This document shows positions 37,143 to 46,633 of a DNA stretch of 64,000 nt, one piece after another. The stretch lies in NCBI GenBank assembly GCA_963719495.1, contig CAVRCI010000002.1, forward strand, positions 480,001-544,000, given 5' to 3'. Position numbers and translations under genes: made by a program. Within the stretch, counting starts at the first letter, position 1, and each line of letters begins with the position of its first letter. The DNA is from an uncultured Verrucomicrobiae bacterium. Lineage in GTDB: Bacteria; Verrucomicrobiota; Verrucomicrobiia; Chthoniobacterales; JAATET01. The notes below the pieces were generated by a model. It was given only the letters and a program-made list of their open reading frames with translations. It did no database searches and was not told where the DNA came from.

Positions 37143-39299
37143 ATGTCCTGCAAAATCACCCTCATCGGCGCCGGTTCCGTCGTCTTCGCCAAGACGCTCA
37201 TCGGCGACATCCTGCAATTTCCCGAACTCGCCGACGCCACGATCTGCCTCATGGACATCGACGCCGACCGCCTCCGCGTCGCCGACGTCATGATGAAGCG
37301 CATCGCCGCCAAACTCGGCGCGCGCTGCGTGATCCAGGCCACCACCGACCGCCGCGAAGCCGTCCGCGGGGCGAAATACGTCATCTGCACGATCCAGGTC
37401 GGCGGTTACCGACCCTCGACCGTTCGCGACTTCGAGATTCCGAAGAAATACGGCCTCCAGCAGACCATCGGCGACACACTCGGAGTCGGCGGCGTCTTCC
37501 GCGCTCTGCGCACCATTCCCGTGCTGCTCGACCTCGCCCGCGACATCGCCGACGTCGCGCACCCCGATTGCTTCCTGCTCAATTACTCGAACCCGATGGC
37601 GATGAATTGCTGGGCCATCGACCGCGCCGTCGGCATCCCGCACGTCGGCCTCTGCCACTCCATCTTCGGCACCGCCCGGATGCTGGCCACGCACGTCGGC
37701 CTCCCCATCGACGACCTCAACTACCTCGTCGCCGGCGTGAACCACATGGCGTTTTTCCTCAAGTTCGAATACCGCGGCACCGACGCCTACCCGCTGCTCT
37801 TCCGCGTGCTCGAGGATCCCGCCCGGTCCTTCGAGCGCGTCCGCTACGAGATGATGCGGCGCACCGGGTATTTCGTCACCGAGTCCAGCGAGCACCAGGC
37901 CGAATACGTCCCGTATTTCATCCACCACGGCGCGGAGAAGATCGCCGAGTTCAACGTCCCCATCGACGATTACCTCCGCCGCTGCGAGACCATCACGTCC
38001 ACCTGGGCCGCGACCGAGGCCCGGCTCATCGGCGAGGAGGGCGAGATCGACGTCCCGCCGCAGTCCCACGAATACGGCTCCTACATCATCCACTCGCGCG
38101 AGACCCACACGCCCCGCACCGTCTACGGCAACGTCCCGAACCGCGCCCTCATCGACAATCTTCCCACCGGCTGCTGCGTCGAAGTCCCCTGCCTCGTCGA
38201 CGGCAACGGCCTCCAACCCGTGAAAATCGGCAACCTCCCACCGCAGCTCGCCGCCCTCTGCGCGACGAACGTCAACGTCCAGAGCCTCACCGTCGACGCC
38301 GCGCTCACCGGACGCCGCGAGCACGTCTATCACGCCGTCATGCTCGACCCGCACACCGCGGCCACCCTGCCGCTCGACCGCATCTGGGCGATGTGCGACG
38401 AGCTGATCGAGGCGCACCAGGCCGACGGCTACCTCGGCGAATTCGTCCCCGTCGTGAAAAATACCGGCCGCACCTTCGCCGGTCTCGGCGACCGCGTGAT
38501 CGTCCGCGCCCAGCCGCGCGGCCTCCGCCTCGACGAAGCGGGCAGCGAATTCGACCTCGAACTCACCGCCGAAAATCCCGGCGGCGAGGCCTTCACCACC
38601 GACATCCGCATCGTCCCCGAGCACGAATCCATCGCCTTCCCCGGCAACGAAACCCTCCGTCTCGTCGCCGCCCCGGGCGAGACGACGACGCTCGTCATCC
38701 GTGGCGAAGTGCGGGCAGTCGTCACCGAAAGCGTCCGCGTCGGCCTCCGCGCCGCCGAGGACCGCGTCCTCGCCATCGGTGCCGTGCTGGTCCCGCGGCG
38801 GCGACTCGAGGTCGGCACCGACGGCGCGGCCACGTTCGCGCTGGAACTCTCGGGTTTCCCCTGCGCGCGCGGGACGATTCGCCGCGACGGCGATCGGCTC
38901 CAGCTCGAGATGACCGTCGACGACTCCGACCCCAAGCCCCGCATCGACAGTCCGTGGATGGGATCCTGCGTCGAACTCTTCTTCGCCGACGAGGCCAAGC
39001 CCGGCATCACGCAACTCTTCGTCGTCCCGGGCGAGGGGAGCGACGCGAAGATCGTCGATCTCTCCCGCCAGCCCGTCGAGGGCGCGACGCTCGACCTCGA
39101 GATGACGACCGCGAACTACCGTTTCCGTCTCGACCTCCCGGCGGCGAGTGCCGGTGTCGGCGCGGACGGCCCGTTCCTCTTCGACGCCTTCGCCAGCCTC
39201 AACGCCCTCGGCGACGCCCACTCCGGCGGCCGCAGCTCGTTGAGCGGCCGGTTCGAGTCGAACACCGACATGACCTACGCCGTCGACGTGAGCGTCTGA
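37143..39299 (+). CDS. melA: GH4 NAD-dependent alpha-galactosidase-like enzyme with C-terminal extension
   Basis: KITLIGAGS, QTIGDT, NYSNP, GLCHS, AGVNH, TESSEH, VEVPC; extra ~280 aa after the catalytic domain. Confidence 0.8.
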   Translation: MSCKITLIGAGSVVFAKTLIGDILQFPELADATICLMDIDADRLRVADVMMKRIAAKLGARCVIQATTDRREAVRGAKYVICTIQVGGYRPSTVRDFEIPKKYGLQQTIGDTLGVGGVFRALRTIPVLLDLARDIADVAHPDCFLLNYSNPMAMNCWAIDRAVGIPHVGLCHSIFGTARMLATHVGLPIDDLNYLVAGVNHMAFFLKFEYRGTDAYPLLFRVLEDPARSFERVRYEMMRRTGYFVTESSEHQAEYVPYFIHHGAEKIAEFNVPIDDYLRRCETITSTWAATEARLIGEEGEIDVPPQSHEYGSYIIHSRETHTPRTVYGNVPNRALIDNLPTGCCVEVPCLVDGNGLQPVKIGNLPPQLAALCATNVNVQSLTVDAALTGRREHVYHAVMLDPHTAATLPLDRIWAMCDELIEAHQADGYLGEFVPVVKNTGRTFAGLGDRVIVRAQPRGLRLDEAGSEFDLELTAENPGGEAFTTDIRIVPEHESIAFPGNETLRLVAAPGETTTLVIRGEVRAVVTESVRVGLRAAEDRVLAIGAVLVPRRRLEVGTDGAATFALELSGFPCARGTIRRDGDRLQLEMTVDDSDPKPRIDSPWMGSCVELFFADEAKPGITQLFVVPGEGSDAKIVDLSRQPVEGATLDLEMTTANYRFRLDLPAASAGVGADGPFLFDAFASLNALGDAHSGGRSSLSGRFESNTDMTYAVDVSV

Positions 39300-39337
39300 A
39301 CCAACCCCGATCCGGATCAACCGAACCGAACTGAACC

Positions 39338-40852
39338 ATGAACATCCTCTACGTCGACATCGACTCCCTGCGCCCCGATCACCTCGGTTGCTACGGCTAC
39401 CATCGCGCCACCAGCCCGCACATCGACGCCATCGCGCGGGAAGGATTGCGGTTCACGAACTGCTACGCGTCCGACGCCCCCTGCCTGCCGAGTCGCACGG
39501 CGATGACGACCGGGCGATTCGGTATTCACACCGGCGTGGTCAACCACGGAGGCGTCGCCGCGCAACCGTTCCTCACCGGACCGCGGCGCGGATTCAAGTG
39601 CGACCTCACGGATGCGAACTGGGTGAATCGATTTCGCCTCGGCGGACACCACACCGTCGCCTTCAGCCCCTTCGCCCAGCGTCACGGCGCGTGGCACTGG
39701 TATGCCGGCTTCATGGAAATGCACAACACGGGTGGCGGCGGCATGGAGACCGCCGACGAGATCTCCCCGCAAGTCACGAAATGGCTCGGCGAACGCGACT
39801 CCGCCGCCGAACCCTTCTTCATGTGGCTCAACCTCTGGGACCCCCACACGCCCTACCGGACGCCCGCCGATTTCGACAAATCCTTCGCCGAGGATCCCAT
39901 CCCGGAATGGTACACCGAGGCCGTCCGCCGCGAGCACTGGCAGTGGTCCGGCCCGCACTCCGCCCAGGAGGTCAACGGCTACACGCCGCGCCCCGAGTGG
40001 ATGTATCACAGCGTCCGGTCGAGATTCCCGTCGATCCCCGCGCTCCAACCCGGCGAGATCGACAGCCCCGAAGCCGCCCGGCAGATGTTCGACAGCTACG
40101 ACCTCGGGGTCGCCTACGCGGATCATCATCTGGGAATCATCATCCAGAAGCTAAAAGACACCGGACTCTACGACGACACTGCCATCATCATCTCCGCCGA
40201 CCACGGCGAGAACCTCGGCGAACTCGGCGTCTACTGCGACCACCAGACGGCCGACCATCACACCAACCGCGTCCCGATGATCGTCCGCTGGCCGGGCGCA
40301 ACAGACGCGCGGGCGGGCGAATCCGACGAACGGCTGCTCTACGCCATCGACGGCGCCGCCAGCTCGCTCGCCCTCGCCGGACTCGACGTCCCCGATTGCT
40401 GGGATGGCGTGAGTTGCGCCGACGCGATGAAGTCCGCCGGGGTCGCTCCGCACCGCGACCGACTCGTCATTTCGCAGGCCGCCTGGTGCGTGCAGCGATC
40501 CGCCCGCTGGGACAATTACCTGCTCATCCAGACGTTTCACGACGCGCTGCACGATTACCCCGAGTTCATGCTCTTCGACCTCGCCGCCGACCCGCACGAG
40601 CAGAACGACCTGGCCGCCGAACGCCCCGACCTAGTCGACCGCGGCAAAGCCATCCTCCACGACTGGCGGACCGAGCAGATGAATTCGTCCAGTCAGGCAA
40701 TCGATCCGCTGGAAACGGTGCTCGCCGAAGGCGGCTCGCTGCACGCGGTCACCGATCCCGCGGGAATCGAAACCTACCTCGAACGCCTCCGCGCCACCGG
40801 CCGCGCCGAAGTCGCCGACCGCCTCGCCACCCGCACCAAACCGCACGCGTGA
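39338..40852 (+). CDS. Sulfatase (S1 family)
   Basis: NILYVDIDSLRPD, CLPSR, WDPH, ADHGE. Confidence 0.9.
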   Translation: MNILYVDIDSLRPDHLGCYGYHRATSPHIDAIAREGLRFTNCYASDAPCLPSRTAMTTGRFGIHTGVVNHGGVAAQPFLTGPRRGFKCDLTDANWVNRFRLGGHHTVAFSPFAQRHGAWHWYAGFMEMHNTGGGGMETADEISPQVTKWLGERDSAAEPFFMWLNLWDPHTPYRTPADFDKSFAEDPIPEWYTEAVRREHWQWSGPHSAQEVNGYTPRPEWMYHSVRSRFPSIPALQPGEIDSPEAARQMFDSYDLGVAYADHHLGIIIQKLKDTGLYDDTAIIISADHGENLGELGVYCDHQTADHHTNRVPMIVRWPGATDARAGESDERLLYAIDGAASSLALAGLDVPDCWDGVSCADAMKSAGVAPHRDRLVISQAAWCVQRSARWDNYLLIQTFHDALHDYPEFMLFDLAADPHEQNDLAAERPDLVDRGKAILHDWRTEQMNSSSQAIDPLETVLAEGGSLHAVTDPAGIETYLERLRATGRAEVADRLATRTKPHA

Positions 40853-40860
40853 GGAATTCG

Positions 40861-41000
40861 AGACAGGATTTACAGGATTTACAGGATTGTAAGGAATGAC
40901 CTATGAGCCGGGGATAAGCGACCCTGCGAGCGAGCGGGGACTTTTTTGAAGTCATCGAAATCAATCCTCCCAATCCTGTGAATCCTGTCCATTCCCGGAT
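40861..41000 (-). mobile_element. ~140-bp MITE/REPIN-like element, copy B (inverted relative to copy A)
   Basis: Reverse complement starts atccgggaatggacaggatt, identical to 21936-21955; interior alignable. Confidence 0.7.
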
Positions 41001-41006
41001 CGATGC

Positions 41007-41016
41007 TAACGGCATA
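41007..41016 (+). promoter_or_regulatory. Putative operator TAACGGCATA upstream of the modular GH9
   Basis: Same 10-mer as at 15435 and 16926. Confidence 0.65.
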
Positions 41017-41123
41017 TCGGATCAAAGGCGGGCTTCGTGGAACGCGGCGGACTAATGGTGTTGGCGTTCCTCAAAAACCCCGTCGCCGGAGAAAAATTCG
41101 GCGGCACCAACTCGATCCCCCCA

Positions 41124-44100
41124 ATGAAGACATTTAGCATTCGCGTTTCCCTCGGCGCTGCCGCGGCCTTAGCCATCTCGGTCGTCACCCTCTCCGCGCA
41201 GACGGTCACTTATCCACGCGTCATCGACTCCGGTATGGCGACGCCGAAGATCCTGTCGATCACGGTCCAGGACGCGACGGTTATCGCGGAGCCGACTTAC
41301 GATTTGTTCTCCGGTCGGCGGATGGATCGCGATCTGCTCGACGACAAGACGAGCTACACGGTGACGCGGACGAACGGCAGCGCGCCGACGCTGGTCAACG
41401 TCCGGCGCAAGAGCAAGCCGTGGGGAATCACGGTTCGGGGGACGAGTCTGAACAACGCTCCGGACGGTGTGGACGATGCGAAGCGTTCGCCGTTTCGCCA
41501 CGAGATTCTGTTCGAGTTCGACCGGGTGATTCAGCCGGGGGAGGATTTGCGGATCACGTTCGCCGATCCTGCCATCGGGCAGGTTGCGTTCAATTTTGAG
41601 CAGAAGAGCCGACGGAGTCCGACGATCCACTCGAGCCACATCGGGTGGCGTCCGGCGGATCCGGCGAAGCTGGCCGAGCTATCGTTCTGGCTGCCGGCGG
41701 GATCGAACTACGGCATCTACGACATCGCGCAGGATTTTCCGGGCGGGACGATTCCGAATTTTCAAATCATTCGCGCGGACAATGGCCAGACCGTCGGCGT
41801 GTCGGGGCCGGTGCAACTCTGGGTCGATCCCTACGTGAAGGATGGCGAGAACAATCCGGATTGGTATGAGACGCGGCCCAATGGATCGGGCGAAGTTTCC
41901 TACGCCTACGATCCGAGCGCGGCTTATGGCTTGGGGAATCCGTTGCCGGACGAGAACTTCTGGGTCGAGCGCGAGAACGGCACCGGGCCGATCAAAGCGG
42001 TGAAGCTGAACCCCGCGAAAACTTTCGTCTATCGAATCGATCTCTCGGCGTTGACGACTCCGGGCGAATACAAAATTTACATCCCCGGCCTCGGCGTGTC
42101 CTACCCTTTCACCATCGACAACCGGATCTGGCGGGACGTGGCGAACGTCACGCTGGGCGGACTCTACAATCATCGCAAAGGGACCGCCCTTCAGGGGTGG
42201 CGGCACGGCTACAACCGCCCGCGTGCCTTTCATCCGGCGGAGGGTTCCGTCTTCGAACTCACGAGCGTTCCGCACATTTTCCACGGCGAGGCACCGATCT
42301 CCGGCTTCGCGGGAATCGGAATCAACGACGCCTACAACCTTTACCGCACGGGCGGGACGCTGAATTCGGCTTGGGGTGGCTGGATGGACGCGGGGGATTG
42401 GGACAACCGGATTCAGCACGCCGAGATCGTCTACACGCTGCTTGATCTCTACGAAATCATCCCGGGATACTTCGATAATTCGGGCAATCAATTCTCGCTG
42501 CCGGATTCCGAAAGCGTCCTGCCCGATCCGATCCCGGGTGGCAGTCACGACTACGCGAACCTACCCGCCATCGTGGACGAAGCGGTGTGGGGAATCGATT
42601 TCTGGCGGCGGAGCCAGGTCACTTCGGGCGCGGAAAAGGGCGCGATCTATCCGGCGGTCGAGCACGCGAATTTCGGCGGCGACACGCCGAGTTGGCAGAC
42701 GACGAGCAACATCTACGTGCTGGCGCCCGACCCGGTGAGCAATTTTACCTACGCCACCATTGCGGCGAAGGCGGCCATCGTGCTGGGGAAATTCAATCCC
42801 GCTCTTCAGACGCTCTACCGCACGTCGGCCATCGACGCGTTCGATTGGGCCGAGGACAACGCCTGGCAGAACGGGATCTACACCGATGGGTCGGCGGCCA
42901 GCGTGAGCGACTCGTTCATGCAGTGGCTCGAGGATTGGTATACGAATCACAAATTTCCGGGCGACGCTCCGAAGATCGCGTCCGAGCTCGCCAAGGCTCG
43001 GACGAAGATCGCGGAATCGCTGGTCGAGCAGCGGTTCAGCGCGGCGGGGACGTTGTATCGGCTGACGGGAGACTCCACCTACCGGGACATCGTCGAGGCG
43101 ACGACCTCGATCCCGGCGGACAAGACGAGCGCGGAGTTGGACGCTTGGGAATTGTTTGGCCATTGGGAGGTCTTCCTCACGCGGAACCAGTCCGTGGCTG
43201 TCTACGACAAGATCGCGCCGAGCCTGATCCGCTCGTCCTACAGCTACTTCGTCGAGCCCGCGCTCACGCGCTACGGTTTTGGCAATAGTCGGCACAACTG
43301 GACGAGCCTCGACTGGGGCAACGGCGTGGTGCCGCGTCTGCAGAGCATTTCGATGATCCGTGGGATGCTGGTCGATCCGGGGTTCGAGGACGATTATCTG
43401 GGGGCCATCGGCACGGGATTGTCGTTCGTGCTCGGCGGGAATCAGGTCAACAAGTCGCTGACGACCGGCCTGGGCTACGACACGGTGCGCTGGGTGCTGC
43501 ACGCCGACTCGGGCCGGGAGGGGACGCCGCCGCCCGATGGAGTTTCCATCTACGGGTTCTCGCGGGCCGAGCAGTTTACGTTCAATCGGTGGGGATCGCT
43601 CTTCAACTCCGAGCCGTTCTCGGATCTCTACGACAAGTATCTCACGGACCCGACCGCGGTCGTGGAAACGAGCCGCTCGATTTATCCCGACAAAACGACC
43701 TGGCCCGCGTGGGAGAATCTCGTCGAGCACCGCGGAGTCGTTCATCACATGGAATACACGGTCCAGCAGATGATGCCGATGTTCGCGCTCTCGAGTTTCC
43801 TGGATTCGTTGGCGGGCGGAAACGTCCTGCCGCCCTTGCCACCAGCGGGCTACGCGAATGTCCCGACCTACTCCGGTTCGACCGGTGGAGGCGGCGGCGG
43901 TGGCGGTGGCACCGGCTCGCCGGGCACGACGACAGTGGAGGCGGAACTCGGGGCCGTCGGCGGCGGCACCGTGATTCAATCGAACAACGCGGGCTACAAC
44001 GGCACGGGCTACGTGAATTTCTCTGGCAACGGCGGGTTCCTGGAGTTCACGAACGTCGATGGTGGCAGCGGTGGGACGGCGCAGATGGTCATCCGATATG

Positions 44101-44750
44101 CCTTGGGCAACAGCCCGCGGACGGTAAATCTCATCGTGAATGGCGCGACCCAATCGCTCACGTTTCCAGGCACCGGCGGCTGGACGATCTGGAGCGATTT
44201 GACGGTGCCGATTGCACTGAATGCCGGTGCGGGCAATACGGTGCGAATTCAGAGCACGGGACAGGACGCCGGCAACGTCGATTCGGTCACGTTCGACGTG
44301 CCGCAGGTGATTGTGCCGGTGCTGACACGGGTCGAGGCCGAGGATTACGTCGCCTTTTCCGACACGACGACGGCGAATCAAGGCGGCGCGAATTACCGCA
44401 ACGACGCGGTCGACATTCAGACCACGACCGACGCGGGGGGAGGCTACAACGTCGGCTACATCGTCTCCGGCGAATGGCTCGAATACGACCTCGGCGCATC
44501 GCCCGGCGGCACGATGGATCTCAAGTTCCGCGTGGCGACCACGAAATCCGCGCGGCAGTTCGAGGTTCGGATCAACGGGTCGTCCGTCGGGACCGTCAAC
44601 GTGCCTTACACCGGGGGGTGGCAGACCTTTGCCGACGTCGAGCTGAACGACGTGACACTCCCGGCCTCCGGCAACCTGACGCTCCGCGTGCAGGCGACGA
44701 CGTCGAGTTGGAACTTCAACTGGTTCGAGATGCTGACGCCCGGGTCCTGA
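41124..44750 (+). CDS. Secreted modular GH9 with Ig-like domain, Gly linker, CBM35-like and CBM6-like modules
   Basis: Signal peptide; GGWMDAGDWD, EYTV; GGGGGGGG linker; VEAE..GYNGTGYV and VEAEDY..GEWLEY..TGGWQ modules. Confidence 0.85.
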   Translation: MKTFSIRVSLGAAAALAISVVTLSAQTVTYPRVIDSGMATPKILSITVQDATVIAEPTYDLFSGRRMDRDLLDDKTSYTVTRTNGSAPTLVNVRRKSKPWGITVRGTSLNNAPDGVDDAKRSPFRHEILFEFDRVIQPGEDLRITFADPAIGQVAFNFEQKSRRSPTIHSSHIGWRPADPAKLAELSFWLPAGSNYGIYDIAQDFPGGTIPNFQIIRADNGQTVGVSGPVQLWVDPYVKDGENNPDWYETRPNGSGEVSYAYDPSAAYGLGNPLPDENFWVERENGTGPIKAVKLNPAKTFVYRIDLSALTTPGEYKIYIPGLGVSYPFTIDNRIWRDVANVTLGGLYNHRKGTALQGWRHGYNRPRAFHPAEGSVFELTSVPHIFHGEAPISGFAGIGINDAYNLYRTGGTLNSAWGGWMDAGDWDNRIQHAEIVYTLLDLYEIIPGYFDNSGNQFSLPDSESVLPDPIPGGSHDYANLPAIVDEAVWGIDFWRRSQVTSGAEKGAIYPAVEHANFGGDTPSWQTTSNIYVLAPDPVSNFTYATIAAKAAIVLGKFNPALQTLYRTSAIDAFDWAEDNAWQNGIYTDGSAASVSDSFMQWLEDWYTNHKFPGDAPKIASELAKARTKIAESLVEQRFSAAGTLYRLTGDSTYRDIVEATTSIPADKTSAELDAWELFGHWEVFLTRNQSVAVYDKIAPSLIRSSYSYFVEPALTRYGFGNSRHNWTSLDWGNGVVPRLQSISMIRGMLVDPGFEDDYLGAIGTGLSFVLGGNQVNKSLTTGLGYDTVRWVLHADSGREGTPPPDGVSIYGFSRAEQFTFNRWGSLFNSEPFSDLYDKYLTDPTAVVETSRSIYPDKTTWPAWENLVEHRGVVHHMEYTVQQMMPMFALSSFLDSLAGGNVLPPLPPAGYANVPTYSGSTGGGGGGGGGTGSPGTTTVEAELGAVGGGTVIQSNNAGYNGTGYVNFSGNGGFLEFTNVDGGSGGTAQMVIRYALGNSPRTVNLIVNGATQSLTFPGTGGWTIWSDLTVPIALNAGAGNTVRIQSTGQDAGNVDSVTFDVPQVIVPVLTRVEAEDYVAFSDTTTANQGGANYRNDAVDIQTTTDAGGGYNVGYIVSGEWLEYDLGASPGGTMDLKFRVATTKSARQFEVRINGSSVGTVNVPYTGGWQTFADVELNDVTLPASGNLTLRVQATTSSWNFNWFEMLTPGS

Positions 44751-44782
44751 CGGGTGGGCGGCTCTCGACTTCGCGCAGGTAA

Positions 44783-44796
44783 GATAACGGCTTATC
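44783..44796 (+). promoter_or_regulatory. Putative operator GATAACGGCTTATC upstream of the GH2 gene
   Basis: Consensus 10-mer at 44785-44794 with extended palindromic arms. Confidence 0.72.
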
Positions 44797-44874
44797 CTGA
44801 GCGGGCGAGTCCCGCGGCGGGTTTCGGTTGGTTGCCGAGGCCCGGTGGTTTTTATCGTTGCTCCTTATTTTACC

Positions 44875-46626
44875 ATGACTCCATCTGATTCCGGCGGCTC
44901 CCGCCTTTTCGCCCAGCATTCCATCCGCACGGTTCGATCGCTCGACGGCGATTGGACTCTGCACGTCCCGCGCGGGTCGGCGACGCTCGATCCGCTGGCT
45001 TGGGGGGAGGCGGAGCGGACGTTCGCTTACCCGGTGCCGAGCGTGTGGGAGAACATCCCGGAACTGGTGAATTATCGGGGCCACGCCGTGGCGCGGCGGA
45101 CGTTCACGCTGGCCGAGGCGGGCCGGACGCGGTTGGTCTTCAAGGGGGCCAGTCACACGGCGCGGGTCTTCGTCGACGGGCGCCAGATCGGCGGGCACCA
45201 CAATGCCTACACGCCCTTCGCGCTCGACGCCGGGGAGCTGGCGGCGGGCGAGCACGAACTCGTTGTCCATTTGTCGAACGAACACGGCGACGCGTCGGCG
45301 TTGCACGTGTCGAACGATTACTACAACTACGGCGGACTCACGCGTCCGGTGGAACTGCACGTTCTGCGCGGGGACTGCGCGATCCGGTTCGTTCACTTCA
45401 CTCCGGCGGGCGGGGTGGGGAATTGGTCGGGACGATTCGACGTGGCGGTGGAAAATTTCGGCGCGCCGACGCGGGGGGATCTGGTCGTCGAGTTGGCGGG
45501 TCAGACGCTGCGGTTGGACAACGTGGATATGGCGAGCGGGGAGACGCTCTTTTCGATGGACGGGGAATTTCCGGGAGCCGAGCCGTGGTCGTCGGATCAC
45601 CCGAAGCTCTATCGCCTGACGGCGACGCTGTCGGTCGGTGGCGAGGCGGTGGATGATTGGGGTGATCGGACGGGATTTCGCACGGTTGTCACGGACGGCG
45701 AGCGGTTGCTTCTCAATGGCGAGCCGGTGTTTCTCCAGGGATTCAATCGTCACGAGGACCATGCGGACCACGGGTGTGCGCTGCCGTTGTCGGCGCTGGT
45801 CGCGGACGTCGACACGATGATCGATCTCGGAAGCAACGCGGTGCGCACGAGCCATTACCCGAACGACGAGCGGTTCCTCGACCTGTGCGACGAGCGCGGA
45901 CTCATGGTCTGGGAGGAGAATCACGCCCGCGGCTTGACCCCCGAGCAGATGCGGCATCCGCGCTTTCGGGATCAATGCCGCAATTGCAATGCCGAGATGA
46001 TCGAGTGGCACTACAACCATCCGTCGATCCTGCTGTGGGGCATTCTCAACGAATGCGCCAGCCACACCGAGGAGGGGGCCGCGATGTATGCCGAGCAATT
46101 CGAGCAAATCAAGGCGCTCGACGCGAGCCGCCGGACGACCTTCGCGAGCTGTCATCCTGGAAATGACCTCTGTTTGGAAATGCCGGACGTCTGCGGATTC
46201 AACTGGTATCACAATTGGTACAGCTCGCACGAGGTGCTGGCCTGTTTCGAGCACGGGTTGCCGGGAGTGGACGGTCGGGGCGCGGCGGGCAAGCCGATGA
46301 TCGCGAGCGAATTCGGCGGCGGGGCGATCCCGGGCTACCACGATCCGGTGCGCCGGGCGAAGTGGTCGGAGGAGCGGCAGTGTGACGTGCTGGAGGAATG
46401 TCTCGACGTGTATCTCAAACACCCGCGGCTAGTTGGTTCGTTCATCTGGCAATTCTGCGACGTGCGCGTCGACGAAGGCTGGGCGATGGGACGTCCCCGC
46501 ACGATGAACAACAAGGGAGTCGTCGACGAACACCGCCGCCCCAAGCTGTCCTATGACGTGGTCAAGCGGCTGCACGAGGCGAAGTCGGTGGTCCGGCCAG
46601 CGGCGAAGCCGCTGCCGGTCGGCTGA
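44875..46626 (+). CDS. GH2 beta-glucuronidase-like enzyme
   Basis: GFNRHED, RTSHYP, HPSI..W..LNE, SEFG, WQFCD and NNKG (N-K) motif. Confidence 0.85.
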   Translation: MTPSDSGGSRLFAQHSIRTVRSLDGDWTLHVPRGSATLDPLAWGEAERTFAYPVPSVWENIPELVNYRGHAVARRTFTLAEAGRTRLVFKGASHTARVFVDGRQIGGHHNAYTPFALDAGELAAGEHELVVHLSNEHGDASALHVSNDYYNYGGLTRPVELHVLRGDCAIRFVHFTPAGGVGNWSGRFDVAVENFGAPTRGDLVVELAGQTLRLDNVDMASGETLFSMDGEFPGAEPWSSDHPKLYRLTATLSVGGEAVDDWGDRTGFRTVVTDGERLLLNGEPVFLQGFNRHEDHADHGCALPLSALVADVDTMIDLGSNAVRTSHYPNDERFLDLCDERGLMVWEENHARGLTPEQMRHPRFRDQCRNCNAEMIEWHYNHPSILLWGILNECASHTEEGAAMYAEQFEQIKALDASRRTTFASCHPGNDLCLEMPDVCGFNWYHNWYSSHEVLACFEHGLPGVDGRGAAGKPMIASEFGGGAIPGYHDPVRRAKWSEERQCDVLEECLDVYLKHPRLVGSFIWQFCDVRVDEGWAMGRPRTMNNKGVVDEHRRPKLSYDVVKRLHEAKSVVRPAAKPLPVG

Positions 46627-46633
46627 ATCCCGC

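Noticed and set aside
36281..39334. Very long alternative-frame ORFs (e.g. 34875-39320 minus, 36281-39334 plus, 25726-28026 plus, 48780-50942 plus)
   Set aside because: Arg/Pro/Gly-rich shadow frames expected in high-GC coding DNA; they overlap well-supported genes and have no motifs.
22078..40860. Invertible segment between the two inverted 140-bp elements
   Set aside because: The copies are clearly diverged and the skew change covers only part of the interval.
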